This document shows positions 1 through 11,059 of a stretch of 64,000 nt of DNA, piece after piece. The first letter of the stretch is position 1. Each line of letters begins with the position of its first letter. The notes under the pieces are model-generated. The model searched no databases, was not told the DNA's origin, and saw nothing but the letters and a program-made list of their open reading frames with translations. Source of the DNA: Octopus sinensis. Lineage: Eukaryota. Position numbers and translations under genes: made by a program. The stretch is from NCBI RefSeq assembly GCF_006345805.1, contig NC_042999.1, positions 25,048,001 through 25,112,000 on the forward strand. Direction: 5' to 3'.

Positions 1-218
1 TTCGTTTTAATTTCAGCACAAGGTCAATAGTTTTGAGGGGAGGGGGCAAGTTGATTACATGGACACCGATACTTGACTGGTACTTTATTTTAGCGATAAT
101 GAAAAGATGAAAAAACAAAGTTGACCTCGGCGGAATTTGAAACCCAGAACGTAAATAACCAGAAAAAAATTTCGCTAAGCATTTTGTCCGACGCGCTAAC
201 GATTCTATCAGTTCACTG
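1..218 (-). mobile_element. tRNA-derived SINE family B, variant 3' tail (B2)
   Basis: Reverse complement of the family B head and central block (gacctcggcggaatttgaa, gattacat..gac, tggtactt) with an alternative tail. Confidence 0.7.
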
Positions 219-517
219 TTAAGTCAGTTTGAAAATAACGATTGCAGCACGATTACAAGTTTGTGGAAGACACAGTCGACCGGTTCGATACCAATGTACC
301 GTTGATTTTACTATGAAATTGATTTCGGTAGGTTTTTTAAAACTCGAAATGAAAAAGATGACAAAATTCTCATTACGTCCGGCACATCCCACCACAAACA
401 ACATACACACTTATACACTTACATATATACAAATAGACATAAGTACATTAGCACATACTCAAACACACACATGTACCCCAAAGGTTTTATGCTATATGTT
501 TCTTAGAGTCAACATGA

Positions 518-910
518 GGCATAGAAGTGGCTGCGTGGTAAGTAGCTTGCTTACCAACCACATGGTTCCGGGTTCAGTCCCACTGCGTGGCACCTTGGGC
601 AAGTGTCTTCTACTATAGCCTCAGGTCGACCAAAGCCTTGTGAGTGGATTTGGTAGACGGAAACTGAAAGAAGCCCGTCGTATATATGTATATATGCATG
701 TGTATGTGTTTGTGTGTCTGTGTTTGTCCCCCCCCCTAGCATCGCTTGAGAACCGATGTTGGTGTATTTACGCCCCCGTAACTTAGCGGTTCGGTAAAAT
801 AGACCGATAGAATAAGTACTAGGCTTACAAAGAATAAGTCCTGAGGTCGATTTGCTCGACTAAAAGGTGGTGCTCCAGCATGGCCACAGTCAAATGACTC
901 AAACAAGAAG
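518..910 (+). mobile_element. tRNA-derived SINE family A, full length
   Basis: A-box TGGCTGCGTGG, B-box GGTTCAGTCCC, internal (TA/TG)n, 3' gctccagcatggcc..aaatgact.aaacaag; repeated many times in the window. Confidence 0.9.
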
Positions 911-1622
911 CTTTTAATGACTTTTTGTTAAATATTACCATTACTGTAACATCTTAAACTTTTGGAAGTATTGAACAATGCAGTTTTAGGTACACTATAT
1001 CTGAAAAGAAAGACAAGGTGGTCACAACTTGAACATTTTTGATAATAACATTGATCTGGCGCTAAACAATAACAACGTTCAGGCTCATCATATATAACCC
1101 CGTCCCTCGAAATATCCTAGATTCTTCTCTATACTCAACCTAAACATTTCTTGCTCTGGATTTAATCACTTCTAATGAAATAAATGACCAATCAAATATA
1201 AACCAACAAGAGATGCAACACGGATTTTTGTCAGTGAACATGTCGCGGTCTTAAAGCGAAGAAAATAATATTTTGACAAATTAAACTTAAATGTTGAAGT
1301 GAATCGAACGGCTTTTGTGTGTTTCTTAAATGGCTTACAAACACCTTCCACGCTGCAACTGTTTTCGTTTCAGCACACGATCTCTGATCAAATCACTTGC
1401 TATGCAAGTACATCTCCAAATATAAACCTCCCCGACGAATCCTTACATAAAAAAAAAAAAACTTTTGAGAAATTTCCATCTTACACTATGCCTATTCCTG
1501 AGGCAGTACCGTACCTACGTAATGCCATCCATACATATTTTCACCCGCTTCGCAATATCTCCATTTTGCAATGCCACTCTTACTTAATGTCACTTATTAC
1601 GAAATGCAATCTTTACATCATA

Positions 1623-1856
1623 CCTATTTCTTTATTACCCACAAGGGGCTAAACATAGAAGGGACAAACAAGGACAGACATAGGTATTAAGTCGATTACA
1701 TCGACCCAGTGCGTAACTGGTACTTTATTTATCGACCCCGAAAGGATGAAAGGCAAAGTCGACCTCGGCGGAATTTGAACTCAGAACGTAACGGCAGACG
1801 AAATACCGGTAAGCATTTCGCCCGGCGCGCTAACGTCTTTGCCAGCTTGCCGCCTT
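1623..1856 (-). mobile_element. tRNA-derived SINE family B, full length
   Basis: Reverse complement of ggcggc.agctggca..gagttcaaattccgccgaggtcgac..cccttgtgggtaataaagaaatagg; flanked by a tttacatcatac/tttatatcatac duplication. Confidence 0.9.
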
Positions 1857-2107
1857 TATATCATACCACGTCATACAATCTTTACATCATACCACGACAT
1901 GTATAATTACACTAATGAAGCAATGCAATAGCTTCTGTAAAGGGCACAAAGCTACCTTTATGTCACATAATGTCACATCTTATATACTGTCATATCTTAC
2001 ATATAGTCACATCTTATACAACGTCAGACCTTATACAATGTCACCTCCTAGGTAATGTTGACTCATACAATATCACATCTTACATAATATCCCTTATTTA
2101 AACCATC

Positions 2108-2225
2108 TGTCTGTGTGGTAAAAAGCTTGCTTCCCAACCGCATGGTTTCAGGTTCATCCCCCTGTGTGGCAACTCGGACAAGTGTCTTCTACTATGGCCC
2201 CTTGAAAGAAGCCCATCGTATATAT
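2108..2225 (+). mobile_element. SINE family A, internally deleted
   Basis: Head ctgtgtggtaaaaagcttgc..aagtgtcttctactat joined directly to gaaagaagcccatcgtatat. Confidence 0.7.
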
Positions 2226-2230
2226 ATATA

Positions 2231-2429
2231 CCGGAGTAAACACATAAATGTGAAACAAGGTGGAAAAAAGAGTACTCAAATACCAGTGGTAGAGTAATAT
2301 GCTTTATTTAAAGCAGCAGAAAATTCAACAAAACCTGTTTACTCTGAGTTTCCTGTTGCCGTTCATCGGACAGTTTTTGTTACTCAGAGTAACAGGTTTT
2401 GTTGAATTTTCTGCTGCTTTAAATAAAGT
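2231..2429. mobile_element. Partly inverted hammerhead-bearing module (family HH-v), degenerate core
   Basis: Inverted arms ctttatttaaagcagcagaaaattcaacaaaacctgtt / aacaggttttgttgaattttctgctgctttaaataaag; reverse-complement copy at 29362-29612; (TA)n flanks. Confidence 0.75.
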
Positions 2430-2546
2430 ATATATATATATATATATATATATATACGCACATGTACATACATAGGTACATACATACATGCACACGCACA
2501 CATATACGTATACATATATATGTGTGTGTATGTATACATATATATA

Positions 2547-2598
<52 letters not shown>

Positions 2599-2741
2599 CT
2601 GTGTGTTTGTGTGTGTGCTTGACGACCAGTTTTGATTTGTTTATATCTTTGTAAAGTAGTATTTGAAAGAGGCCGATTCAATAAGTACCGGGCTTATGAA
2701 ATAAGTACTGGAGACTAAACCCTTCAAAGCGGTGACCCAGC

Positions 2742-2925
2742 TGTGGTGTGAGATATTGTATAGTGAATAATAATAAAAAAAGAAACGGTTAAAGTGATGT
2801 TATTAAAACATTAAAATGCATGTTCACGAATATATTTTTAAAAAATACTTGGTACCATAACAAATTTAAGTTATAAAGTGTACATGCATTTTAATGTTTT
2901 TCACTATACAATATCTCACACCACA
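2742..2925. repeat. MITE-like inverted-repeat element
   Basis: Perfect 26-bp inverted arms tgtggtgtgagatattgtatagtgaa (2742-2767) and 2900-2925, plus an inner inverted pair; interrupts a SINE A tail; no TSD seen. Confidence 0.6.
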
Positions 2926-3075
2926 ATACAAATATATATATATATATATATATATATTTCAATGGGTGAATGAATAATTTTTAAATACTTTTTAAATACT
3001 TAATAGCGTTCTGTTTATCATGTTGGCAGTCATCGTAATTGTTATAATGTCTTGTTGTTATGAGAGGCTCTCTTT

Positions 3076-3157
3076 CTTTCCTGATGAGAAGATTGCATTT
3101 TACAGCGTTTATTCCTTTGGAATAAAACAATGTTGTCTTCGAAACATATGTCGAAAG
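3076..3157 (+). ncRNA. Type I hammerhead ribozyme, canonical core
   Basis: Stem I CTTTC/GAAAG, core CTGATGA, stem II GAAGA/TCTTC with an inner TTTATTCC/GGAATAAA hairpin, GAAA, palindromic stem III CATATG, GTC triplet. Confidence 0.85.
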
Positions 3158-3224
3158 TAAAAGAATTTTCTTAACATCTTCGTTCAACTCCATTATTTAT
3201 TTATTCATTTATATATATATATAT

Positions 3225-3259
<35 letters not shown>

Positions 3260-3294
3260 ATGTGTGTGTGTGTGTGTATACATACATACATATA

Positions 3295-3357
<63 letters not shown>

Positions 3358-3379
3358 TGTAACATACAATAGTTATATC

Positions 3380-3772
3380 TTCTGTGTGGAAAAAAGCTTG
3401 TTTCTCAACCACATGGTTCCGGGTTCAGTCCAACTGCGTGGCACCTTGGGCGAGTGTTTTCTACTATAGTGTCGGGCCGACCAAAGCCTTATGAGTGGAT
3501 TTGGTAGACGGAAACTGAAAGAAGCCCATCGTATATAAGTATATATATGTATATGTATGTATGTTTGTATTTGTTATTTGTGTCTGTGTTTGTCCCCATC
3601 ACTTGACAACAGATGTTGGTGTGCTTACTTTCCCGTCACTTAGCAGTTCGACAAAAAGAGACCGATATAATAAGTATTAAGCTTACAAAGAATAAGTCTT
3701 GGGGTCGATTTGTTCGACTAAAGATGGTGCTCCAGCATGGCCACAGTCAAATGATTGAAACAAGTAAAAGAA
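3380..3772 (+). mobile_element. SINE family A
   Basis: Collinear with 518-910. Confidence 0.9.
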
Positions 3773-3849
3773 TTGATGAAAATGGATTATGATCAAACAA
3801 GGCACCATATGATCTCAAAATGTGGATTGATGACACAAAAAAGCTAATC

Positions 3850-3893
<44 letters not shown>

Positions 3894-3912
3894 TATATAT
3901 GATATATGAATA

Positions 3913-5300
3913 CACGCATCCCCCGCATTACGGTTACCTCAGGTAGATATGGTTTGTAGTTTTCCCTTTACGGAAATTTGGATAAATTTTCAGAATTTAA
4001 GAACTATACTTTCCTATTAAACAAAAAGCCGCTACTTATCGGTGGCTTAGTTAAGCTCAAAGTAGAGAAGTGGAAAAACAATAATCGTAATACAAACACA
4101 CACGTGTGTGTATGTGTGTGTGTGTGTGTATGTGTGGTTGTGCACAAATGTCTCTGTAAGCGTTTGTGCATGAGTCAAAGTGAACTCTTACGGAGTATGG
4201 AGTGGAATTTTTCACTGTATATTTGTATATATATTTCGTGGATCACAATGAGTCTATCTGTCTGTATGTATGTGTGTCTGTCTATCTGTCTGTCTGTATG
4301 TATGTGTGTCTGTCTGTCTGTATGTATGTGTGTCTGTCTGTCTGTTGCCTTATGTACGTATGTATGTATATATGTATGTATGTATGTATATATGTATGCA
4401 TGCATTATGTACGTAAATCAACCTTCACCACTCTCTTACTGGAAGCTCATGCCAGCTAAAATTTATATTTCGTGGTGGAAAAAAATCGTCTTACAGTTTT
4501 GGGTGGAAATGCTACTGATACGAAACTAACGCTATTGGTGTATAACTCCGAAAATTCAAAGGCTTTCAAGGGTTACACAAAGCTTAAATTACCTCTGAGT
4601 TGGCGTCGTTCAAATAAGAAGGCATGGATGATAACGAATCTTTTCCAAGAGTGATTTACAACCAGTTTTGTTCTGCTGTTGAAAGATACAGTGCCTGACA
4701 TATTTACAACAAAGCATTGCTCCTTCTAGATCAGTGGTTTTCAACCAGGGTTCCGCGGAACCTTAGGGTTCCGCCAGTACAGTTCAGGGGTTCCGCAAGA
4801 AGTTACAAAACTGCTAAAATCGGCAGTAATTTTTAATTTTCTTGTTCAGATATGCGTGCATAAGTCTATTAAATTATTGCACAGGGGTTTCCTCGAGCCA
4901 GTGGAATGTTTCCTTGGGGTTCCGCTCCAGCAAAAAGTTTGAAAAGCACTGTTCTAGATAATGCACAGAACCACCCATGAACTCAAATGAGTTTTCTGAT
5001 AATGTAAAAATAGAACACATCCCCAAGAATACAACTTCTTTGATGCAGCCAATGAGTCAAAGTGTGTGATAGATTACTTCAAGGTATATTATCGGAGAAG
5101 AACTTTTGAACAGCTTATAAAGTCAACTGATATGGAAGATAAGATTTTTGCTAATGTGCGACGGAGTAGCTCATTCGTAATTTAATTTACTTTCGCATGT
5201 GCTTCGCCGTAGCACATCAACAAATAGTTTCCACTCTATTTGTATCTAAATCATAGACCAGAGATTTTTAGGTGGCTTCACAACGTGAGAACATCACCAT
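3913..5300 (+). mobile_element. pogo/Tigger-like DNA transposon, decayed transposase
   Basis: KNRLTVLGGNATDTKLTLLVYNSENSKAFKG..WRRSNKKAWM, KALLLLD|NAQNHP, PKNTTSLMQPM match DDE_1 (Tigger) motifs; possible TIR ta|cacgcatcccccgc at 3913; boundaries approximate. Confidence 0.75.
4732..4951. mobile_element. hAT (Charlie-like) MITE
   Basis: TIRs cagtggttttcaac / tttgaaaagcactg; exact 8-bp TSD TTCTAGAT (4724-4731, 4952-4959). Confidence 0.9.
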
Positions 5301-5525
5301 CCAAAATGGTTTTGAAGCCATCAAATGAGGTCTCCGTTCAGAATGCAGTAACATCATTTGATAAAGGAACACGGTACAATGAATTCATTTAACAAGGCTG
5401 TAACTTTAAATACCTTTACTCGAGGTCTGAAACATATACAATTGAACAATAAAGGGAAGCGTTTGATGAATGGAGGCCATGTTCGTCTTCTGTTTACAAC
5501 CTCAGATCTGCTATCTGGCGTGTGT

Positions 5526-6298
5526 TGTAAGAGATCGAACTAGATCATGTCTTTGTTCTCCGACGCCTAGATGCCAACAGAGGAAGTCGCAAGACCTCGT
5601 GTGAGAATCTCTCCGCAGCTTGTGCTATCTAGCGCGAGCCTGTTTAAACCCGCTGTCAAGGGAAGTAACTTCGCTTTCACCCCCCCTCCTCCCCCGACTA
5701 AAGGCGGTCGATTAAGAGTAAGGCAGGCGAAGTACGTGTGCGCTAGGAAGGCACAGAAGAATGAAATATGGCAAAACAGTTGTATGAACAATGCAAAGTA
5801 CAAATTTGGAGGAAGCATGCAGAGAAATGTTTGTTCTTGTTGAGAAAAATATGTGTGATTCACAGAATCCGAACTATGGCAGAACAATTGAAAAATACAA
5901 TGCAAATATGTACAAGAAAAAAAGAGGGATGGCTTCAGGCCATCAGGAGAAGCGGTCGATGCAGGTTAATATATAAATCCGCAGCTGGGAAGTGCCCAAG
6001 AGGTGCTCTCACATGACGATGCATCTTGGAACGCTGATATAGTAGACAGGCACGTGACCAAGCAGTAATAGACCGACGCATATTCAGCCAGGAAAAGTAG
6101 GCCGAGATAAGCTTTACTGTGGCTGCAATGCCGGGTTGCGACAGTGAATGCAGTGCTTCGAAAACAGCACGACGGTGATGTTCAGGAACGAGGGGTCGTA
6201 GTGACCCGGTAGAAACATCGCAGAGAATAGTTCCTTCACAAAAAGGCAGAAGCAGTAACTATAAATGTATTATTTTGCAAAATAATTCCAAATTTACA
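5526..6298. other. GC-richer segment, possible solo LTR
   Basis: Starts TGTAA and ends TTACA, with an internal TATA-like tatataaat; no TSD found. Confidence 0.25.
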
Positions 6299-6328
6299 CA
6301 CACACACACACACACACACAAATGGGAT

Positions 6329-6735
6329 TTACTCTTTTACTCTTTTACTTGTTTCAGTCATTTGCCTGCTTCCATGCTGGAGCACCGCCTTTAATCGAGC
6401 AACTCAACCCCGGGACTTATTCTTTGTAAGCCCAGTACTTATTCTATCGGTCTCTTTACCGAACCGCTAAGTGACGGGGACATAAGCACACCAGCATCTG
6501 TTGTCAAGCGATGTTGGGGTGGGGGACAAACACAGATATACAAACTCACACACACACACATATATATTTACATATACGACGGGCTTCTTTCTGTTTCCGT
6601 CTACCAAATCCACTCACAAATCTTTGGTCAGCCCGACGCTATAGTAGAAGACACTTGCCCAAGGTGCCACGCAATGGGACTGAACCTGGAACCATGTGGT
6701 TGGTAAACAAACTACTTACCACACAGCCACTCCTG
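6329..6735 (-). mobile_element. SINE family A
   Basis: Reverse complement of family A. Confidence 0.9.
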
Positions 6736-7075
6736 GATAAGAATATATAGTTACTTTTTATAACAGCATATGCCATGAGAAGTCTTTTGTTTGGGCTAGC
6801 TCCTTTTTTGTATAGTATTTAACTTCCAGTGCAAATGTTCAATCCTATACATTGATAATTGAAATTGATATGACTCTGACCTTACTGAAATTAACCTTTT
6901 CTTGATAAAAGCTAGGAGTACTAAATAATTTAGAGAACTGAATTCTCTCTGAATACAAGCATCCGACTTCAGCACAATTGAAGAATCAGCTCATGAACAT
7001 GTAGTAGCCTTCCATAGATACACATGCATAACACACACACGTACGTACATACATGCATACCTATTTGTCTATATA

Positions 7076-7963
7076 CAGTGTGTCCCAAAAGTCATTGATG
7101 GATTTCAGTTTTTAATAACTTCCTTAACTTTACAAATAAATGCATGAAATTTTGATACAATATAAAGAACATAATGGAAATTAATATGCACAAGTCAAAT
7201 TTTGCAACACCTCTACATCACATGCGAAAAATAACATCGCTTAAACGGCAGCCATTTTCGACTTCACAAGCCCGTACTCTTTCCAAACCTTGCACCATAA
7301 CACGCTCAAGAGTTTCAGACCCCACTTCTCTGATTTATCTACTGATGTTCTCCTTCAGTTGCACAAGGGACTCCGGATTGTTGACGTAAACCCTCTCTTT
7401 CAGATATCCCCACAAGAAAAATCCGGGCTAGTCAAGTCTGAGAAACGTGAAGGCCAGTTCATATTACTGTAGTGGCAGATTATTCTCTCTCCAAAGCACT
7501 GCCGTAGTAACTTCATTGTTTTTGTTGCGGTATGAGCAGTTGCTCCATCTTGCTGGAACCATATATGAGGTCTACTTTGAATGGCCTTCACGTTCCCCAG
7601 ACTTGACTAACCCGGATTTTTTCTTGTGGGGGATACCTGAAAGAGAGGATCTACGTCAACAAACCGGAGACCCTGGTGAAACTGAAAGGGAACATTAATA
7701 GATAAATCAGCGAAGTGGTGTCTGAAACTCTTCAGGGTGTTATGGTGCAAGGTTTGGAAAGAGCACGGGTGTGCGAATCCGAAAATGGCTGCCGTTTACG
7801 TGATGTCATTTTTCATATATGATGTAGTGGTGTTGCACAATTTGACTTGTGCATATTAATTTCCATTATGTCCTTTATATTGTATCAAAATTTCATGCGT
7901 TTATTTGTAACGATAAGGAAGTTATTAAAAATTGAAACCATCAGTGACTTTTTGGATACCCTG
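7076..7963. mobile_element. Tc1/mariner (maT/rosa-like) fold-back element made of two 3' ends
   Basis: TA-flanked TIRs cagtgtgtcccaaaagtca / tgactttttggataccctg; WFQQDGATAHTA..WPSR on minus and WPSRSPDLTNPDFFLWG on plus. Confidence 0.85.
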
Positions 7964-8108
7964 TATTCAAGCAAATAGGTATGTATGTATGAAATATTGT
8001 CCTAAGTATGCAGTTCTGTCTATATGAGCTAAGATTGGTTGGTTTGACCTATTTAAATAGCGACTTAGAGGAAAAATACTCATCATACAAGCTGAAAGTT
8101 ATGCATAA

Positions 8109-8442
8109 GCGCAGGCGTGACTGTGATAACAAGTTTGCTTCCCAACCACATGGTTCCGGGTTCAGTCCCACTGTGCGGCACCTTGGGCAATTTTCTTCCA
8201 CTATAGCCTCGGGTCGACCAATGACTTGTGAGTGGATTTGGTAGAAGGAAACTGAAGGAAGCCTTTCGTTATATATATATATATATATGTGGCTGTGTGG
8301 TAAGTAGCTTGCTAACCAACCACATGGTTCCGGGTTCAGTCCCTCTGCGTGACATCTTGGGCAAGTGTCTTCTGTTATAGCCCCGGGCCGACCAATACCT
8401 TGTGAGTGGATTTGGTAGACGGAAACTGAAAGAAGCCTGTCG

Positions 8443-8475
<33 letters not shown>

Positions 8476-8692
8476 ATGTATGTTTGTGTGTCTGTATTTG
8501 TCCCCCTAGCATTGCTTGACAACCGATGCTGGTGTGTTTACGTCCCCGTCACTTAGCGGTTCGGCAAAAGAGACCGATAGAATAAGTACTGGGCTTACAA
8601 AGAATAAGTCCCGGGGTCGATTTGCTCGACTAAAGGCGGTGCTCCAGCATGGCCGCAGTCAAATGACTGAAACAAGTAAAAAAGAATAAAAA
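8109..8692 (+). mobile_element. Two tandem SINE family A copies (5' half, then near-full copy from 8289)
   Basis: Two heads separated by (TA)n. Confidence 0.85.
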
Positions 8693-8789
8693 GTATATAT
8701 ATAATAATAATAATATTAGGGAGTAGATCCAAACTTACAGGGAAAAATAATATTTAGGATTAAATCCAATTTCACAGTATAAATATAAA

Positions 8790-9165
8790 TTAAATTAGTG
8801 ATAAAACCACTATTAGGCAAATCAAACAATGAAAAAACATAAACCAAACATAAAAATAAACATAACTAATATAATATACAAAATATATAAAATATAAAAT
8901 TTAAAATTTAAGTTATTTAAATTAAAAATTTTTGATTTATATTTATAAATTTTTATATTTTTTAAATAATTTTTAAATTTTAAATTAATAAATTTTCAAA
9001 TTTTTAAATTAAAAATTTTTTTTTAATAAATATATATAACTATCAAAAATTATGAAAAAATTTTATATAAGATAATAAGTAAAACCACTATGTTTATTTT
9101 TATGTTTAGGTTTATGTTTTTCATTGTTTGATTTGCCTAATAGTGGTTTTATCTCTAATTTAATA
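8790..9165. repeat. Inverted-arm AT-rich element
   Basis: Arms of about 75 bp (taaattagtgataaaaccactattaggcaaatcaaacaatg.. and its reverse complement near 9089-9165) around a garbled AT core. Confidence 0.6.
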
Positions 9166-9193
9166 TATATATGTATGTATATTATATATATAT

Positions 9194-9227
<34 letters not shown>

Positions 9228-9256
9228 ATATGTATGTATATATATATATATATGTA

Positions 9257-9287
<31 letters not shown>

Positions 9288-9293
9288 TGTATG

Positions 9294-9331
<38 letters not shown>

Positions 9332-9395
9332 CATACACACACACATTTCCATTATTTACAATTGACGGATATTCATCCTCATCTTGTTTGTTGTT

Positions 9396-9441
9396 AACAC
9401 AACGTTTCGGCTGATATACCCTCCAGCCTTCATCAGGTGTC
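9396..9441 (-). ncRNA. Minimal type I hammerhead motif (HH-i)
   Basis: GACAC-CTGATGA-A-GGCTG..CAGCC-GAAA-CG-TT-GTGTT. Confidence 0.75.
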
Positions 9442-9555
9442 TTTGGGGTTCTCATTCCTAAGGTGTTTTTCGATGTTGTTGTTGTTGTTGTTCTTCTTCT
9501 TTTTCTTCTTCTTTTTCTTCTTCTTCTTCTTCTTCTTCTTCTTCTTCTTCTTCTT

Positions 9556-9640
<85 letters not shown>

Positions 9641-10332
9641 TCACGACCTGGAATCGAACTCGGAATCTTGGGGTCAGTAGCCTGCACTCTTAACACCAAG
9701 ATTCCCAGTTCTATTCCAGGCAGTGACCTGAATAATAATAATGTCCTGATGCAGTACCAGACAGTGGCTCTCGTGGCTTGTTATCTTAACTGATTGGAAG
9801 TGTTATCATGTACATTGTTTTGTCTTGGTATAAAAGAAGGGCTACAGCAAATATTCTGCGCAATACCACAGATTTGCTTGTCAGTTGTTTGACCTTAACC
9901 AGTTGAGCATGTCCCTTAGTGGCTGACGATATGTGCATCTCTGATCACGAGCAGAAGTAGTGGGGGAGCATCATAGCCATGTGTTGAGAGGGATTCTTTG
10001 GGGTTTGAATAATTCACCTCTGGAAACATGAGTGTTTCGTTCAACATCTTTAAACAACCCTTATTTAGGGACTTTTGAGTGGGATAGGTTACTCCACCAG
10101 AAGAAAATTCTATCTGGGCCCCACCTGCAAGGTCATGCGCTGTTTATCTTGATATGAGATCACCATGTCACTCACATATCATTGTGATGCATGTGCCTGG
10201 TGTACCCTTATCAGACGGGTAGTCATGATGGGTATACTAGGCTTCGTATATTTTACCCTAGTGTCACTTTCATGGCATGCACTGCTCTCTCACTCAATAA
10301 TGATGATGATGATGATGATGATGACGACGACG

Positions 10333-10408
<76 letters not shown>

Positions 10409-10445
10409 CAACATCGAAAAATACCTTAGGAATGAGAACCCCCAA

Positions 10446-10491
10446 GACACCTGATGACGGCTGAATGGTATATCAGCCGAAACGTTGTGTT
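10446..10491 (+). ncRNA. Minimal type I hammerhead motif (HH-i)
   Basis: GACAC-CTGATGA-C-GGCTG..CAGCC-GAAA-CG-TT-GTGTT. Confidence 0.75.
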
Positions 10492-10844
10492 AACAACAAC
10501 CAAGAGGAGGACAAATATCCGTCAAGTGTAAATAATGTAAATAATGTAAATAGTGTACATAATTCCTCATCTCTTAAATATAGAACTGTATTATATATAT
10601 ATCTATATCTATATATATACATATATATACATATATATACATATATATATATATATAATACATATATATAATATATATATATATATGTATGTATGTATGT
10701 ATTTACGTATGTATGTATGAATGTATGTATGTATGTATGTATGTATGTATGTATGCATGCATGTATGTGTGCATGCATGTATGTATGTATGTATGTATGT
10801 ATGTATGTGTGTGTATGTGCGCGCGCGCGTTTGTTTGTTTGTCC

Positions 10845-11010
10845 CCTAACACTGCTTGACAGCCAGAGCTGGTGTGCTTACGTCCCGGTAATTGAGTGGT
10901 TCGGTAAAAGGTGTCCGATAGAATATGTACCAAGCTTAGAACAAATAAGTCCTGAGGCATCCCAGCACGACCGCAGTTTAATGACTGAAACAAGTAAAAG
11001 ATAAAAGACA
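10845..11010 (+). mobile_element. SINE family A, 3' half
   Basis: gcttgac..ggtgtgcttacgtccc..gcagtttaatgactgaaacaagtaaaag. Confidence 0.75.
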
Positions 11011-11059
11011 AAAGATAGATACATACCAACAACAGTAACAAGAATAACAATCTCTCCTG

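Larger units (their letters stand above)
9347..10590. mobile_element. Head-to-head composite: tRNA-like head + triplet repeats + hammerhead tail, with an insert of about 550 bp in the plus copy
   Basis: Minus unit 9347-9696 and plus unit 9697-10590 share the B-box head and the atcgaaaaa.accttaggaatgagaaccc..HHR tail. Confidence 0.8.

Noticed and set aside
518-600. tRNA-like sequences at SINE heads (also 14721, 27109, 9636)
   Set aside because: A and B boxes are present, but there is no complete cloverleaf and they continue into SINE bodies; not tRNA genes.
8866-9088. Very AT-rich irregular centre of an inverted-arm element
   Set aside because: Looks like low-quality consensus through an AT repeat or hairpin; nothing can be inferred from it.
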